64,000 bases of DNA, from positions 62,001 through 126,000 of the forward strand of contig MU008228.1 in NCBI GenBank assembly GCA_010909165.1. Reading direction: 5' to 3'. This document shows, piece by piece, positions 35,601-47,347 of this stretch. The notes beneath the pieces were generated by a model. It had not been told where the DNA came from, did no database searches, and was given only the letters and a program-made list of their open reading frames with translations. The translations under genes were made by a program, and so were the position numbers. Source of the DNA: Anthoceros angustus. Taxonomy: Eukaryota; Plantae; Anthocerotophyta. Position 1 is the stretch's first letter. Every line of letters starts with the position of its first letter.

Positions 35601-38227
35601 TCACGCTCGACCTTTACAACTGCAACAACCAGCTGCGAATCGATGCACACGATACCCATCCCTTACAACAATGTCCCTCTTTTCAAGCCTTGACATGATC
35701 TCCGTGGAACTGTGACAGTCACTGCACATGCGTAGATTCTTCGTTACCACCAGAGGTGTCCCACTCGGAGTGTTCAACAGACCAAACGCCAGAGCTAGCT
35801 TCTCAGCATGCCCACAAAGCACATCTTCCTTTTCCTTCTCAGACAGTGGCTTCAACACCAACTTTGTGTGAGGTACGTGGCCTCCTTCCTGCTTCAGACG
35901 TGCATTCGTGCTCTCTACCTTTAACGCAATATCATCTCTCTTTCTCCCACCAAATGTATGTACCTGCTTCTTCACCTCAATGGTCGCCACTGCAGGTTTC
36001 TTGTTAGCTCCTGCCATTCTCTGTGTTTCAATCCTGTCTACATCGGTCCACCTACCTGCATCTGCATAGGCATTGGCCATGAGCACATACGCAGACGCCC
36101 TGAGGTCCAGCCTAACAATGCTTTCAAAACACCACATCGCCCTCTCTATATCCCCATGACTTTTGCAGGCATTCAACAAAGACGTCAACCCCAACATTAC
36201 TTTGGCCTCATGATAATAGCATCTTCTCAGCCTCCTCTAAACGGCCCGCACGGCCAAGAAGATCAATCATACAATTGTGATGCTCATTAGTAGGTTTGAT
36301 GCCATGCTGTTTCGCCATGCAATCAAAGTACTTGCGACCCTCGTCCACCAGTCCCTCATGACTGCATGCTACTAGAAGGCAAGTAAAAGTAGCACCATCA
36401 GGCTGAATACCGGCAACTAACATCTCCTCAAAACAAGCTAGTGCCTTGTGACCTTCATCACAAGTACCATACCCAGATATAAGGGCATTCCAAGTCACCA
36501 CATCCTTTGTGTTCATGCTATCAAAAGCCTGGCGTGCATCTTCCAGTTCACCACATTTTGCATACATGTCCACCAGGCAGGTGCCCACCACTACGTTATC
36601 CAGGAGTCCTCTTTCAACAATCTGTGAATGCAGCTGCCTGCCCTTCTGTAAGGCACCAGTGGTTGCACAGGCTTTCAGAAGGCAAGCAAATATAACACGG
36701 TCAGCCAAAATGAGGCCCACTTCTTCCATTTGTCCATACAGCACAAGCGCCTCTTGGCCAGTCCTTGCTGCATACCCAGCAATCAGGGCCGTCCATGTCA
36801 CCACATCCTTTGTGGCCATGCTGTCAAAAACCTGGCGTGCATCTTCCAGTTCACCACATTTTGCATACATGTCCACCAGGCAGTTGCCCACCACAACGTT
36901 ATCCAACAGTCCTCTTTCGACAATCAGTGAGTGCAGTTGCCTGCCCTTCTGTAAGGCACCAGTGCTTGCACAGGCCTTCAGAAGGCAAGCAAAAGTAACA
37001 TGGTCAGCCAAAATCAGGCCCTCCTCCATTTGTCCATACACAACAAGCGCCTCTTGGCCGAGTCCTTGCTGCATACCCAGCAATCAGGGCATTCCATGTC
37101 ACCACATCCTTTGTGGCCATGCTGTCAAAAACCTGGCGTGCATCTTTCAGTTCACATTTTGCATACATGTCCACCAGGCAGGTGCCAACAAACAAGTCAG
37201 GAGGAATGCCACTGAGCAACACATCACTGTGCACTTTTCTGCCAGATTCCAAGTCGGCAGCAAATGCACAAGCTTGAAGGGCAGCTACAAACACATGAGC
37301 ATCTGCCTTCACTCCTGACCTACGCATCTCATGGTACAGTTGTACGGCCTCATTAGGTTTCCCATGTTTAGCATGGGCAGAGATGATGGAAGACCACATG
37401 AAAACATCTGGTTTGCCTACCCTGGTGAACACATCCATGGCCTCCTCTAGCCTACCTCCACATGCATACATGCGCAAGATATGGTTCCCCAAGTATGCAT
37501 TCGACTCGTACCCAAGTTTAACAGTGAGATCATGAACTCGTCGCCCCAAAACCAAATCCTTGCTAGCTGTACACAGTTTCAGCACAGTGCAAAACAAAGA
37601 CAGCGGAATAGCAGAGCCTGTCTGCGCCAGAGATTCCAGGGCTCCAACGGCCTCTGAAACCCTCCTCTGCTGACAAAACATGCTCACGGTTCCAGGCGTT
37701 ACGACGCCCATTTCCGATCCTGCACGCCTGCCAGGTTCAGACTTATCTGGAGAGCTGGACTTGGAAGGAGAGGCACCGTGAGCCATGTGCGTATCCAAGG
37801 AGACGAGCTTCTCATCAACCCAAGCTGGCTTGAACATGCTGTTTAACCACAGGACCTCCCCGGACCCCTTGCGCCGGAAGTCAGGCGAACGGGAACGGGA
37901 GCTCTGCTTATCTCGTCTGTTGTCCCACCACATGGCAGGCTCCAGAAAGAATTGTTCCCACAAGTGCTCCTGCCCCTGCTCCTGCTCCTGCTCCTGGCAA
38001 CGACCGGCATAGCTGGGAAAGGGAAATCTGTCCCCACTCACCCATTTTCTCGGAAGTGGAAGTGCTGGGCTCCTTACACTGCTGCACCTCCAGGCTTCAT
38101 TGTTTGCCACGAGTTGACTCCCTAAGATGAGGTGACCGGGACCCGGAGTTCCTCCTAGGATCCCTGTGTATGTACACGAGCCAATTTGTTGGGTCCACAA
38201 CGGGTCCGGTTGCCATAGTGCGGCCAT
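35601..38227 (-). CDS. G8: PDF + PLS-PPR + E1/E2 + DYW:KP ending KGRA; a few small frameshifts
   Basis: ORFs 37004..38227 (MAALWQPDP, QEQEQEQGQE, PDF, PPRs), 36208..37083 and 35601..36197. Confidence 0.85.
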
Positions 38228-38894
38228 CGTTCAGGGACCGCTGTCGGGAGATGATTGTGGCAGGGTCCCCGGGTACTGTGGATGACCACGCCACCTTGAA
38301 GGGGCGGGTAGTCTGTTTTGCATTCCTTACCTCCCAGAACTAAAACAAACAAACGTTATGGTTTCCAAGTTTGGGACGGAAACGGGGGGCATGTGCATGT
38401 GAAGTCATACGTATGCATATGCTTCATGTCGGTTGCCCAGGTACCGCGTACGGCCTGGCAATGTCATACTCCTGGCATGGCCTTCCTCTCCCTCGCCCTC
38501 GCCCCCATTCTCTTTCTTCTCTTTGGGTACGACGCCGCGACCGGCAAGCGCAAGCGAGGGCGCTGGGAAACTATTTCAAAGTTCTCGCTTGCCCTAGACG
38601 GAAATGGAGGCTTTAGGTAAGAAAAAAACTGAGAAATCCCATGTACCCCTAGACCATCTCCCAGGCCAAAGGGAGACTATAGAGGAACAAACCAGGCAAA
38701 AAGTTCATTAGCCTCGCGATCGCTCATCTTGAAATTATCTACGACTCCAAAAATGTATGATCCGGGATATGACTCGGCCTACCTATCATTGATATAAAAG
38801 GGCCTACCTACCACTAGTGTCGAAGATGCAGCGATAACTAATTGGTGCGACGACGTTCATCATGTTCTTGCTTGCAAGTGCACGGAGGGAATGC

Positions 38895-39115
38895 CAAACC
38901 ATGAGCATGACATGTGGGTTTGTCAGAGGAAGGCCGTACCATGAGCATGGCATGTGGGTTCGACAGAGGAAGGCCATACCATGAGCATGGCATGTGCAGA
39001 GAAAGGCCATACCATGAGCATGGCATGTGCAGAGAAAGGCCATACCATGAGCATGGCATGTGAGTTTGTCAGCGTGAAAAGAAGGTCATACCATAAGCAT
39101 GGCATGTCGGTTTGG
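38895..39115. repeat. 33-39 bp tandem repeat (AGGCCATACCATGAGCATGGCATGTG core)
   Basis: About 6 units, plus one inverted degenerate copy at ~38461-38490. Confidence 0.8.
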
Positions 39116-41031
39116 CAAGCCAGGTGTAGCCCATGGGAATACACTATGTGCTTTGAGCACTCATACAAATATAGGACTGCAGCAAAATGATACTATTGCA
39201 ATGCCCAGTGACGTTCTGTCATCCTTAAAAGCCTATGACAAGCAGGGGGCTCTATCTTGTGAGTGATAATTTATACATATTATAGAAAATTAGTGAGTAA
39301 ATTACATATTATTTCAATCAAGAAAAGGTCATACTATATATGTTGAAAAGACAACTTAAACTAATAACTGAAAAGACATGTCTATTCAACCTAGGGACAC
39401 AACCCTAATGAACGGGTATCAGCTGGATAACTAATAATGATTAATTACTAATGACATTATCCACTAAACCCTAATCATGATACAACACTATTATTTCTAC
39501 ACTCCCACTTGTTGATCATGAGGAAAGGACAGTCTTCACTCTCGCAAGTTCCTTGTGAGACTGTTGTTCAAGCTAAGGATCGTCCAAGTCCAGTCACGCC
39601 CAAGCACACTGTGTACGTTTGAGTCTGAGCTTAGGCTTCGGCTTCCCAAGACTTTGCGCTCATAAGCAACTCAAGTGTGAAGTCGTCTGCGGCAAGGTGC
39701 ACTTCTTTCTTTACCGCGAACATACGCGCTGTGTTTCATTGTGCCTTCTTGTGGGAAGGAGAAGACGGCGTGATCTCACGGTCTTCTTCTGAGTTTGCGT
39801 CTCCGCCTCCCAAACGCCGATGTCAGCCCCGCAACAGTCTCGGCCGGTTTGCTTCAACTAGAACAGCTGCTCAAGCTTCTCGCATGAATGTTGATGCAAC
39901 TGTGTCGGAACGAAAACGCCCAAGAGGCTGCCCTCGGGGCACAACTCGAGAATTTCTGGCTAACAGAGTTGTTGCGATAGCTCCGGTTCCTCTCACTGGT
40001 GCGGCTGCTACTGGACAAAAGCACGAGATGGGTGCCTACTCACAGCCGGCTAAATCAGGTGAAAGGTGTCTGCCAAAAGTCTCTTGTGCTTAGCACAGGT
40101 GCAAAGAAAACGAGTTTGAATACTCAGAGCTGGAATTCCACCAAGCTGTTCTCTGAAAATTCCCTGTCCCTTCAAACATCACGCAGGAGACAAAGATTGT
40201 GACGCTCGGCAACTGCAAGCAGCCATGTTCTCCTCTCTGGTACAAGTGTGATTACTTCAGGGTGAAGATGATCAGGGTTCCCGTTGTTGCATGTCAGGAA
40301 TTTTCTGGCCATGTAATAAGCTATTACAGTGAGTCTCCTGCCATCAAATTTTCCTTAGAAGCCTTTCTTACTAGCATATTATCACTAACTCCCACTTGCT
40401 GTGAACAGGGTGTTGAATAGATAACCATCTCGGGTTAAATATACCTAGTTAATTAGGTTAAATACATTATACTATAAATACTCTTGGTGCTTCATGTTTC
40501 AATTATTCACGCTTTTCATATTCCTCCTATCCATAAGCATACGTTACTATCAAGCTACCGATGCTCTATGGATCGGATCATGGTATCAGAGCTTGATGCC
40601 ATGTACGATTTTTGTTTCTTGTGCAATGCCTCACAGGAAGGAATCACGTGCACCACCTCCATCGCGTGATGTTTTTCCACGCCACTGTATAGGATTGCAG
40701 TGGATTCCACCAATGCGTGACGGGCCATGGGATCAATACTTTTGTTAAAATCCTAGCAGTAGGATTGTGCATCCCTTACATCTAGTCTAGCATGATTGAG
40801 ATGCTACATTCTCGAAGATATTTTGTGGTATTCTCTCTATGTCAAAAATGTATACAAAGTACGTCTTAAATAGTGTTTGTGGGTGTCTCTTCCGAAGAGG
40901 CACACCCGTTCGTAATTACTAATTACTATTAGTTACGATCTACGGTAACTAGTTGGACGGCGAGGTTACGGACAGATTATCCATTTCGTAACACTCCCTC
41001 TTAAGCTGGACGTAACCTACAGCAATGGGAG

Positions 41032-42393
41032 CTATCTCCCATGGAGCGCGATGCTCCTCTTTGGTGCGCTCCCTTTGAAGGCTAAGGAAAGCCTGTACAA
41101 GCCGTCTTGGGGTACGGCACTGAATAGGCACAAGTCAGGACTTGTGGTCCTGGAAAAGTAGCATGACCCCCTTGAAACAAGCATCTCAAGATCGCCTTGC
41201 TTCAGCAGCTGAGTCATGGAGATCAAGTTCTTGCCCATTTGCAGGACGAGGAGCACAGGCTCCAAGGTAAGCACCGAACCATCCTTGAGAGGAAATTCGC
41301 AAGTGCCTTGTCCCGCGATTGGCAGGCTAGATCTACTCAATTCATCACCGAGTAACACCCTTTCCTTGAGAGGATGAGTATTCAGCTTGGTGAATAGAGT
41401 ACGGTCGTTGCATACGTGGGCAGTGGCTCCACTGTCCAGATACCACCCCGCATCCTTATGCAACTCGGTGTTGAGGCAAACCATAAGTATCTTTACGGTT
41501 TTTCTCTCCGTTGTGCTGGCGCTCCCTTTAACTGCAACGCTGGCTGCCTGTCTCAAGTCAGCCTTATGCGGCTCTCCAGCCTCTTTCTTGCGGCACTCTC
41601 GTGCCCAATGGCCGGCGGCTCCGCACCAGTGGCAGTTACCAGCTCGGCGAGGAGGGGCAGAGGTTGAGTCACCTTTAGGGGTGAGTTTCGCCTTGCCCTT
41701 CGAATTCCTCCCGGGCTCGAAATGGGTGGAAAGCGCCCTGTCTGCATCGGGCTTGGACCCTCCTGCAGAGCTAAGGCGGCTCGCCCCGCCGACATGAGCA
41801 CCAATAATATCTTCCACTGTGAGGGTGGAGGGTGTACCTGACTTACCATGAGTCGATACCAACATCAGGCTGGTCACGAAGTTGTGGTAAGACGGTGGTA
41901 AGCTCATTAGCAGCTGTGCAGCGGCATCGGTCTCCGACATGGTTGAGCCAAGGGAGGCGAGTTGCCCTCGCAGCTGTCTGAACTTCGAGGTGTGGGCAGA
42001 AATCGCATCGGTCTCCTTCATCCTCAAGGAGTTGAATTCCTGCCGTACACTGTACAAGGTTAGAACATTGTTAACATTGTAGGTGTTAGATAGCTGGTCC
42101 CAGATGGCAGAAGCCTCCTTGAGGAACTCCACGCTGGGCACCAGGCTTGAGTCGAGTCCGCTGATGAGGAGGGCAATTGCAATCCCATTCAAGTAGTCCC
42201 ATCGTTCAATGTCAGCGACTGACGGGGGAGGTGTGGCTGAAGAGTTAGGCTTCGGAAGGGTGCCGTCAACAATCTTCCAAACACCTCGACCTATCAGTAT
42301 GGACTTCATGCGAACTCGCCACACAGGGTAGTGTTGGCCATTGAATCTATCTTTCTCTTTGATCTGGTCGGTGAAGAACGGTACTACTCCCAC
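41032..42393 (-). CDS. gag: Element B Gag-protease
   Basis: 453 aa: KEKDRFNGQHYPVWRVRM, LLMSLPPSYHNF, CHWCGAAGHWAREC, WYLDSGATAH; the ORF stops shortly before the PPT. Confidence 0.88.
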   Translation of the reverse strand: MGVVPFFTDQIKEKDRFNGQHYPVWRVRMKSILIGRGVWKIVDGTLPKPNSSATPPPSVADIERWDYLNGIAIALLISGLDSSLVPSVEFLKEASAIWDQLSNTYNVNNVLTLYSVRQEFNSLRMKETDAISAHTSKFRQLRGQLASLGSTMSETDAAAQLLMSLPPSYHNFVTSLMLVSTHGKSGTPSTLTVEDIIGAHVGGASRLSSAGGSKPDADRALSTHFEPGRNSKGKAKLTPKGDSTSAPPRRAGNCHWCGAAGHWARECRKKEAGEPHKADLRQAASVAVKGSASTTERKTVKILMVCLNTELHKDAGWYLDSGATAHVCNDRTLFTKLNTHPLKERVLLGDELSRSSLPIAGQGTCEFPLKDGSVLTLEPVLLVLQMGKNLISMTQLLKQGDLEMLVSRGSCYFSRTTSPDLCLFSAVPQDGLYRLSLAFKGSAPKRSIALHGR

Positions 42394-43323
42394 AGGGGAG
42401 GCATCTTAGCCATGGGAGCGATGGCGTCGGCGAAAGCGAGTTGAAGTGTTGTATAAGTTGATTCACCACGCCTCGTAAGTTGTGGTCATAAAACTTCAAG
42501 TTGAATCCTCGTCGGGTTGTTGGTGTGGCAGGTGAACAAAGGAATCTCTCCTCCACGAATGCCGACAAAAGATCCTTGAAGAAAACAATATCCCCCTCTT
42601 GCTTGCTTTTAACTCTCCACTTTCTTCTCTTTTTTTTTTCCTGTTCCACCGGGCTTGAGTCGAGTCCGTGATGAGGAGGGCAATTGCAATCCCATTCAAG
42701 TAGTCCCATCTGTCAATATCAGCAACTGATGGGGGAGGTGTGGCTGAGGAGTTAGGCTTCGGAAGGGTGCCGTCAACAATCTTCCAAACACCTCGACCTA
42801 TCAGTATGGACTTCATGCGAACTCGCCACACAGGGTAGTGTTGGCCATTGAATCTATCTTTCTCTTTGATCTGGTCGGTGAAGAACGGTACTACTCCCAC
42901 AGGGGAGGAAGTACTGCTAGCCATGGGAGCAGTAGCGTCGAGCGAAAGCGAGTTGAAGTGTTGTATAAGTTGATTCACCACGTCTCTGTAAGTTGTGGTC
43001 ATAAAACTTCAAGTTGAATCCTCGTCGCGGGTTGTTGGTGTGGCAGGTGAACAAAGGAATCTCTCCTCCACGAGTGCCGACAAAAGATCCTTGAAGAAAA
43101 CAATATCCCCCTCTTGCTTGCTTTTAACTGCTCTCCACTTTCTTCTCTTTTTTTTTTTTCCTGTTCCACTGGGGCTTGCTTCCTTGCTCCTTTGTCCTTT
43201 TTTTTTTTTTTTGGCTCCGCTATATGCCTTTATATTTCAGGTGAATATATATGTGTAGAGATACATATATATGCTACTTTGAAACTCTTTAAGTAGAAGT
43301 GAAAACCGTGCAATTGCAACCAA

Positions 43324-43394
43324 GACAGGTTAGTCTGGTGGCAAGTCCATTGACCTAGAAGGCGGAGGTTGCAGGTTCAAAACCTGCAAGCCTC
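43324..43394 (+). other. tRNA-like/Pol III A+B box module (tRNA pseudogene or SINE head) in the leader of element B
   Basis: A-box-like TAGTCTGGTGG and a perfect T-arm GCAGG-TTCAAAA-CCTGC. Acceptor and anticodon stems are poor. Confidence 0.5.
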
Positions 43395-44645
43395 AGAGGA
43401 AATCTTATTTTGAAAAAGAAACCAGTGGGGGGATAAGGGGGGGGAGGCCCGTTCCGCGCGGGAGCGGTCGCGCCGTTCCGCGCGGGAGCGGGCGCGCCCG
43501 TTCCGCCGGGTCGCGCCGTTCCGTGCGGGCGCGCCCCTGCGCGCTGTTCCGCCTGGGCGCGGGGGTTACCACGCCGTTTCGGCCGTGGCTCTGCGACGCG
43601 CACCAGCGCCCGGGGGGGATCCTCCCGCGGTGCGCCTCCCACGCACCCTGCCCACCGTGCTCCGGGCACGATTCAGCGCTGCGGTTTCAGAGGTGAGGTC
43701 GCCCCGCCAGGGCGCACCTCCTGCGCCCGCAACCGGAGCGCCACGCGGCGCACGGTGTGCGCAATCAGGCAGGGTACAGCGCCTCCGGCCGCATTGCCTG
43801 CATGCACACACCCCCTAAATGGGGTCTGTGGAGCGCGCCGTTCACCCTGAGGTGAGGGCGCTGCCTCTCTTGGCTCGCGGCTGGGGTGAGGGAGGCAAGG
43901 ATTGCCGCTCCTCCCGCCCGCAATTGCTGGCCAAATCTCGATTTTCGTGTGCCTGCAACAAGCAGACGCGCACCAAGATAGCTTCAATCCGGCGGAGGGA
44001 GGACTTCAATTCTCGTGCAAGTTTGTTGAATTCCAGCCTATTGATGGAATTCACAGCATCATGTTGTCTTGCAGGTGTAATTGGTGGGGGCCGTAGGTCC
44101 AAGCTTGCTTGCAGGTCCAGATCACGGTGCCGGCGGTGGTAGAAATTGTGAAGAAATCTGTCTCCGCACGCCTGAGATGGTGGGCCTGAACGCAACGATG
44201 GAGCCTCACGGCAGCGGGTGCACAAGGCTATTGTAGGCTCGTGGGTCATTCTTCGTCGAGGCAGCCATGTGCCTTGGTTTGCATGCCACGGCAGCTCTCC
44301 ATGTTGAGAGCTTCTACGATGGGGCTGCCGCCACGGCATCTCCCCTAGACTCCTGTAGGATCATAAGCGTGAACCATGCTCTGATACCATGTTAAAATCC
44401 TAGCAGTAGGATTGTGCATCCCTTGCATCTAGTCTAGTATGATTGAGATGCTACATTCTCGAAGATATTTTGTGGTATTCTCTCTATGTCAAAAATGTAT
44501 ACAAAGTACGTCTTAAATAGTGTTTGTGGGTGTCTCTTCCGAAGAGGCACACCCGTTCGTAATTACTAATTACTCTTAGTTACGATCTACGGTAACTAGT
44601 TGGACGGCGAGGTTACGGACAGATTATCCATTTCGTAACAACTTT

Positions 44646-45149
44646 GATGAGTATCGCACCATGATCCGCGCACATTGGTATAGGCAAGCACAAGAACGAA
44701 GACAGTGCCGCAATCAATTGAGAGACAACCATTCTGATAGAAATTTGCAGAGAAATCGGAGAACCCGAAGGGATCCATCAATTTATGATAATCTGCAGAA
44801 TTCTAAATTGAAGGAAAAGTTTCTAAACTTAGATGAAGCGATTTTAGATGAGGAGAATAATGATGATGTTCCAGCTTCTGACGAATCACTGTCGAAATTG
44901 ATTCATTACTATTACGGCAGAATTGACAATCGCATCTCACAGTTGATTGCAAGGCAAGACCTGTTTCTCACAGCTTTACACGATATGGAGAAGAGAATGC
45001 AGCATGGAATGGATCAGTGCAGCAAGGACATCAGCAATGGTGTGTCGGCTACTCAGAATCTGATCCAGTTATTTCTACAGTATGCTGATGTAAAGTTGAT
45101 ACAGAAATTGGGTCAATCAGGGCAGAGCCATGCAGATCATGTTCTTTGA
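44646..45149 (+). CDS. 3' part of an extra ORF in the leader of Copia A (in frame with 40596-40742 once B is removed)
   Basis: Removing B and one TSD copy gives ...MRDGPWDQYF|DEYRTMIRAHWY..., a continuous ~216-aa ORF with helical, coiled-coil-like composition. Confidence 0.5.
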   Translation, partial: DEYRTMIRAHWYRQAQERRQCRNQLRDNHSDRNLQRNRRTRRDPSIYDNLQNSKLKEKFLNLDEAILDEENNDDVPASDESLSKLIHYYYGRIDNRISQLIARQDLFLTALHDMEKRMQHGMDQCSKDISNGVSATQNLIQLFLQYADVKLIQKLGQSGQSHADHVL

Positions 45150-45557
45150 ATTTCGCTGCCTGTGGAGGGGACCATTGGAGTGACGCGCAGCAATTTGGCG
45201 TCCACTTCTGTCACACTGGAGCAGTGAATTGTGTGATTGTGTCATCAGATCAGATGCGTTCTATGTACAACTCATCCAGTTTCATCTTTGCTGCCACTTG
45301 ACAGTTGAGCGGTTATTTCCCCTGCCACCAGAATGTCACCAGAACACTTTCATTAGATTTTAGGGCACGTTTCAAAATTTAGGTCAGTTTTTCTTAATTA
45401 GTTTTTTAGGGCCTTTTTCATAATAGTTTTGGATAGTTACTTTAGATATGAACCATCACCTCCTTGTTCGTTGACATTTTCCCGTAGCTGTCTGTAAACA
45501 CTCTTCCTTGTAGCAGTCTTACAGCCCCTTTGCGCACTTGATATCCTGCATTTCACC

Positions 45558-47347
45558 ATGTCAACTCCCTCATTTACGTCTGACATAAAGGATAAAGACC
45601 GCTTTAATGGAACGAGATTTGACATCTGGAAGGTTCGCATGAAAACTACCTTGGTAGCTGGTGGCATCTGGAATGTTGTTGATGGTTCCTACAAGGATCC
45701 TGGTGTACCTGGTGCAACAGGAGTTCCTACAACTGTCACTCAAGCTGACAAGGACAAATGGGATGGCTTCAATAGCATTGCTATTGCTCTCTTGGTCAAC
45801 GGCTTGGATGCTGACCTCATTCCTGAAACTGAATACTTGGTTAATGCCAAGGATATATGGGACCAATTGTCAAACACTTACAAGGTTCAGAATATGATGA
45901 CTCTTTGCGCAGTTTGCCTTGAACTCTGCAGCCTGCGGATGAGAGACGGTGAATCTGTGTCACATCATATTAGCCAGTTTCGACGTTTGCGATCCCAACT
46001 CAACGCACTTGGGAGTCCTATGACTGAGGCTGACGTAGTGGCACAGTTTCTGGTCAGCCTCCCCACAAGCTATCAAACTTTTGTTACCACTCAAAATATG
46101 CCTATTGCTCTTCCTGGACAGTCCCTACCAGCTGGTTCTCCAACCCCTTCGCTGGAGGCTGTGGTGGGAGCACTATACCAAGAAGAACAAACACGATTTA
46201 TGAGAGGGCAGCAAAAGCAACATAAAACTGACAAAGTTTTCTCAGCAACTCGAGGCCGAGGTAGAGGAAGGGGAAGACATCCGAATCAACGTGCTGGCTT
46301 TGGTTCGTACATACCTAGCAACACTGGTTCATCTTCCTCTGCTACGAAACGACAAGGTACATGCAATTGGTGTGGTACTCCAGGGCATTGGGCACGGGAA
46401 TGCCGGAAAAAGAAAGCCGGCGAGCCCCAACGGGCTTCTTCTCGACCCTCTGCACATACAGTCACACAACAATGTAGTCAGGACAGACAGTCCTCAACAA
46501 CATCCACAAATTCAGGCAAGCCAGTAGTAAAGATCCTTACTGTTTGTCTTAACACTTTAACGAGTGAGGTGGATTGTTGGTTTTTGGACTCAGGGGCAAC
46601 AGCCCATATCTGTCGGGATGAATCTCTCTGTACCAGTTTAACCCTATCAGCCGTTGCTGAAAAAGTATACTTGGGTGATGAGAGTGTAGGGAGTAGTCTT
46701 CAGATCCTTGGTAGAGGAGTCTGTAATTTTCCCTTACACGATGATAGCGTGTTAGTCCTCCCAGACGTCTTGTATGTACCTAAGATGGCTAAGAATTTAA
46801 TGTCACTTAGCAGATTGATGAAAATGAAGGATTTAGTCCTTACCGTCTCAGAAGCCACTTGTTGTTTCTCTAGACGTAGTGCCCCAGCCATATGTATCTT
46901 CAAAGCTTTTGTAGATTCAGAATTGTACCGTCTTGACATTTCCTGCCTCCGACGACAGCAAGCATGTTCCACCACAGTTGGCAGCTTAACAGCTATCCAG
47001 CAGGCCAAGCTGTGGCATGCACGCCTGGGCCATGCTAACAGAACTAAATTGATTGATGCCTCTAAGCAGGACTGCTATCGTGAGCCTCTCCCACGTTGTT
47101 TCAAGGAGCTGCCTATTTGTGAAGTTTGCACCCTTGCAAAGCAACGAGAGACTCCTTTTCCAAGAGCACCTGCACACAAGTCAACATCAGTCCTCGACCT
47201 CGTGCACACAGACATATCAGGCAGGCTACAGATTCCGTCACTTGGAGGTGCAGCCTACTTTCTTACTTTAACTGATGACTATAGCCGGTATACGTGGACA
47301 TACCCGATGCACCATAAGAATGATACATTCCCCATCTTCAAGGATTG
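45558..47347 (+). CDS. gag-pol: Copia A Gag-protease-N-terminal integrase (interrupted by element C)
   Basis: 596-aa ORF: gag, CNWCGTPGHWAREC, WFLDSGATAH, LWHARLGH, CEVC, LDLVHTDISG, YFLTLTDDYSRYTW. Confidence 0.93.

Larger units (their letters stand above)
40743..44640 (-). mobile_element. Non-autonomous gag-protease LTR element B (251-bp LTRs 40743-40993 and 44390-44640, TSD ACTTT)
   Basis: Near-identical TG..CA LTRs, minus-strand PBS at 44378-44389, PPT next to 40993, ACTTT on both sides. No INT/RT/RH. Internal ~480-bp duplication of the gag 5' end. Confidence 0.93.

Noticed and set aside
326-37318. Many recurring antisense ORFs (e.g. TWRASSSSPHFAYMSTRQ, HHILHTCPPG)
   Set aside because: These are shadow frames of the repeated PPR coding sequence.
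38357-38385. TATGG at 38357 (and 31382) as further IS3EU-like termini
   Set aside because: No matching CCATA end or TSD was found, and 38357 aligns with ordinary upstream sequence of G7.
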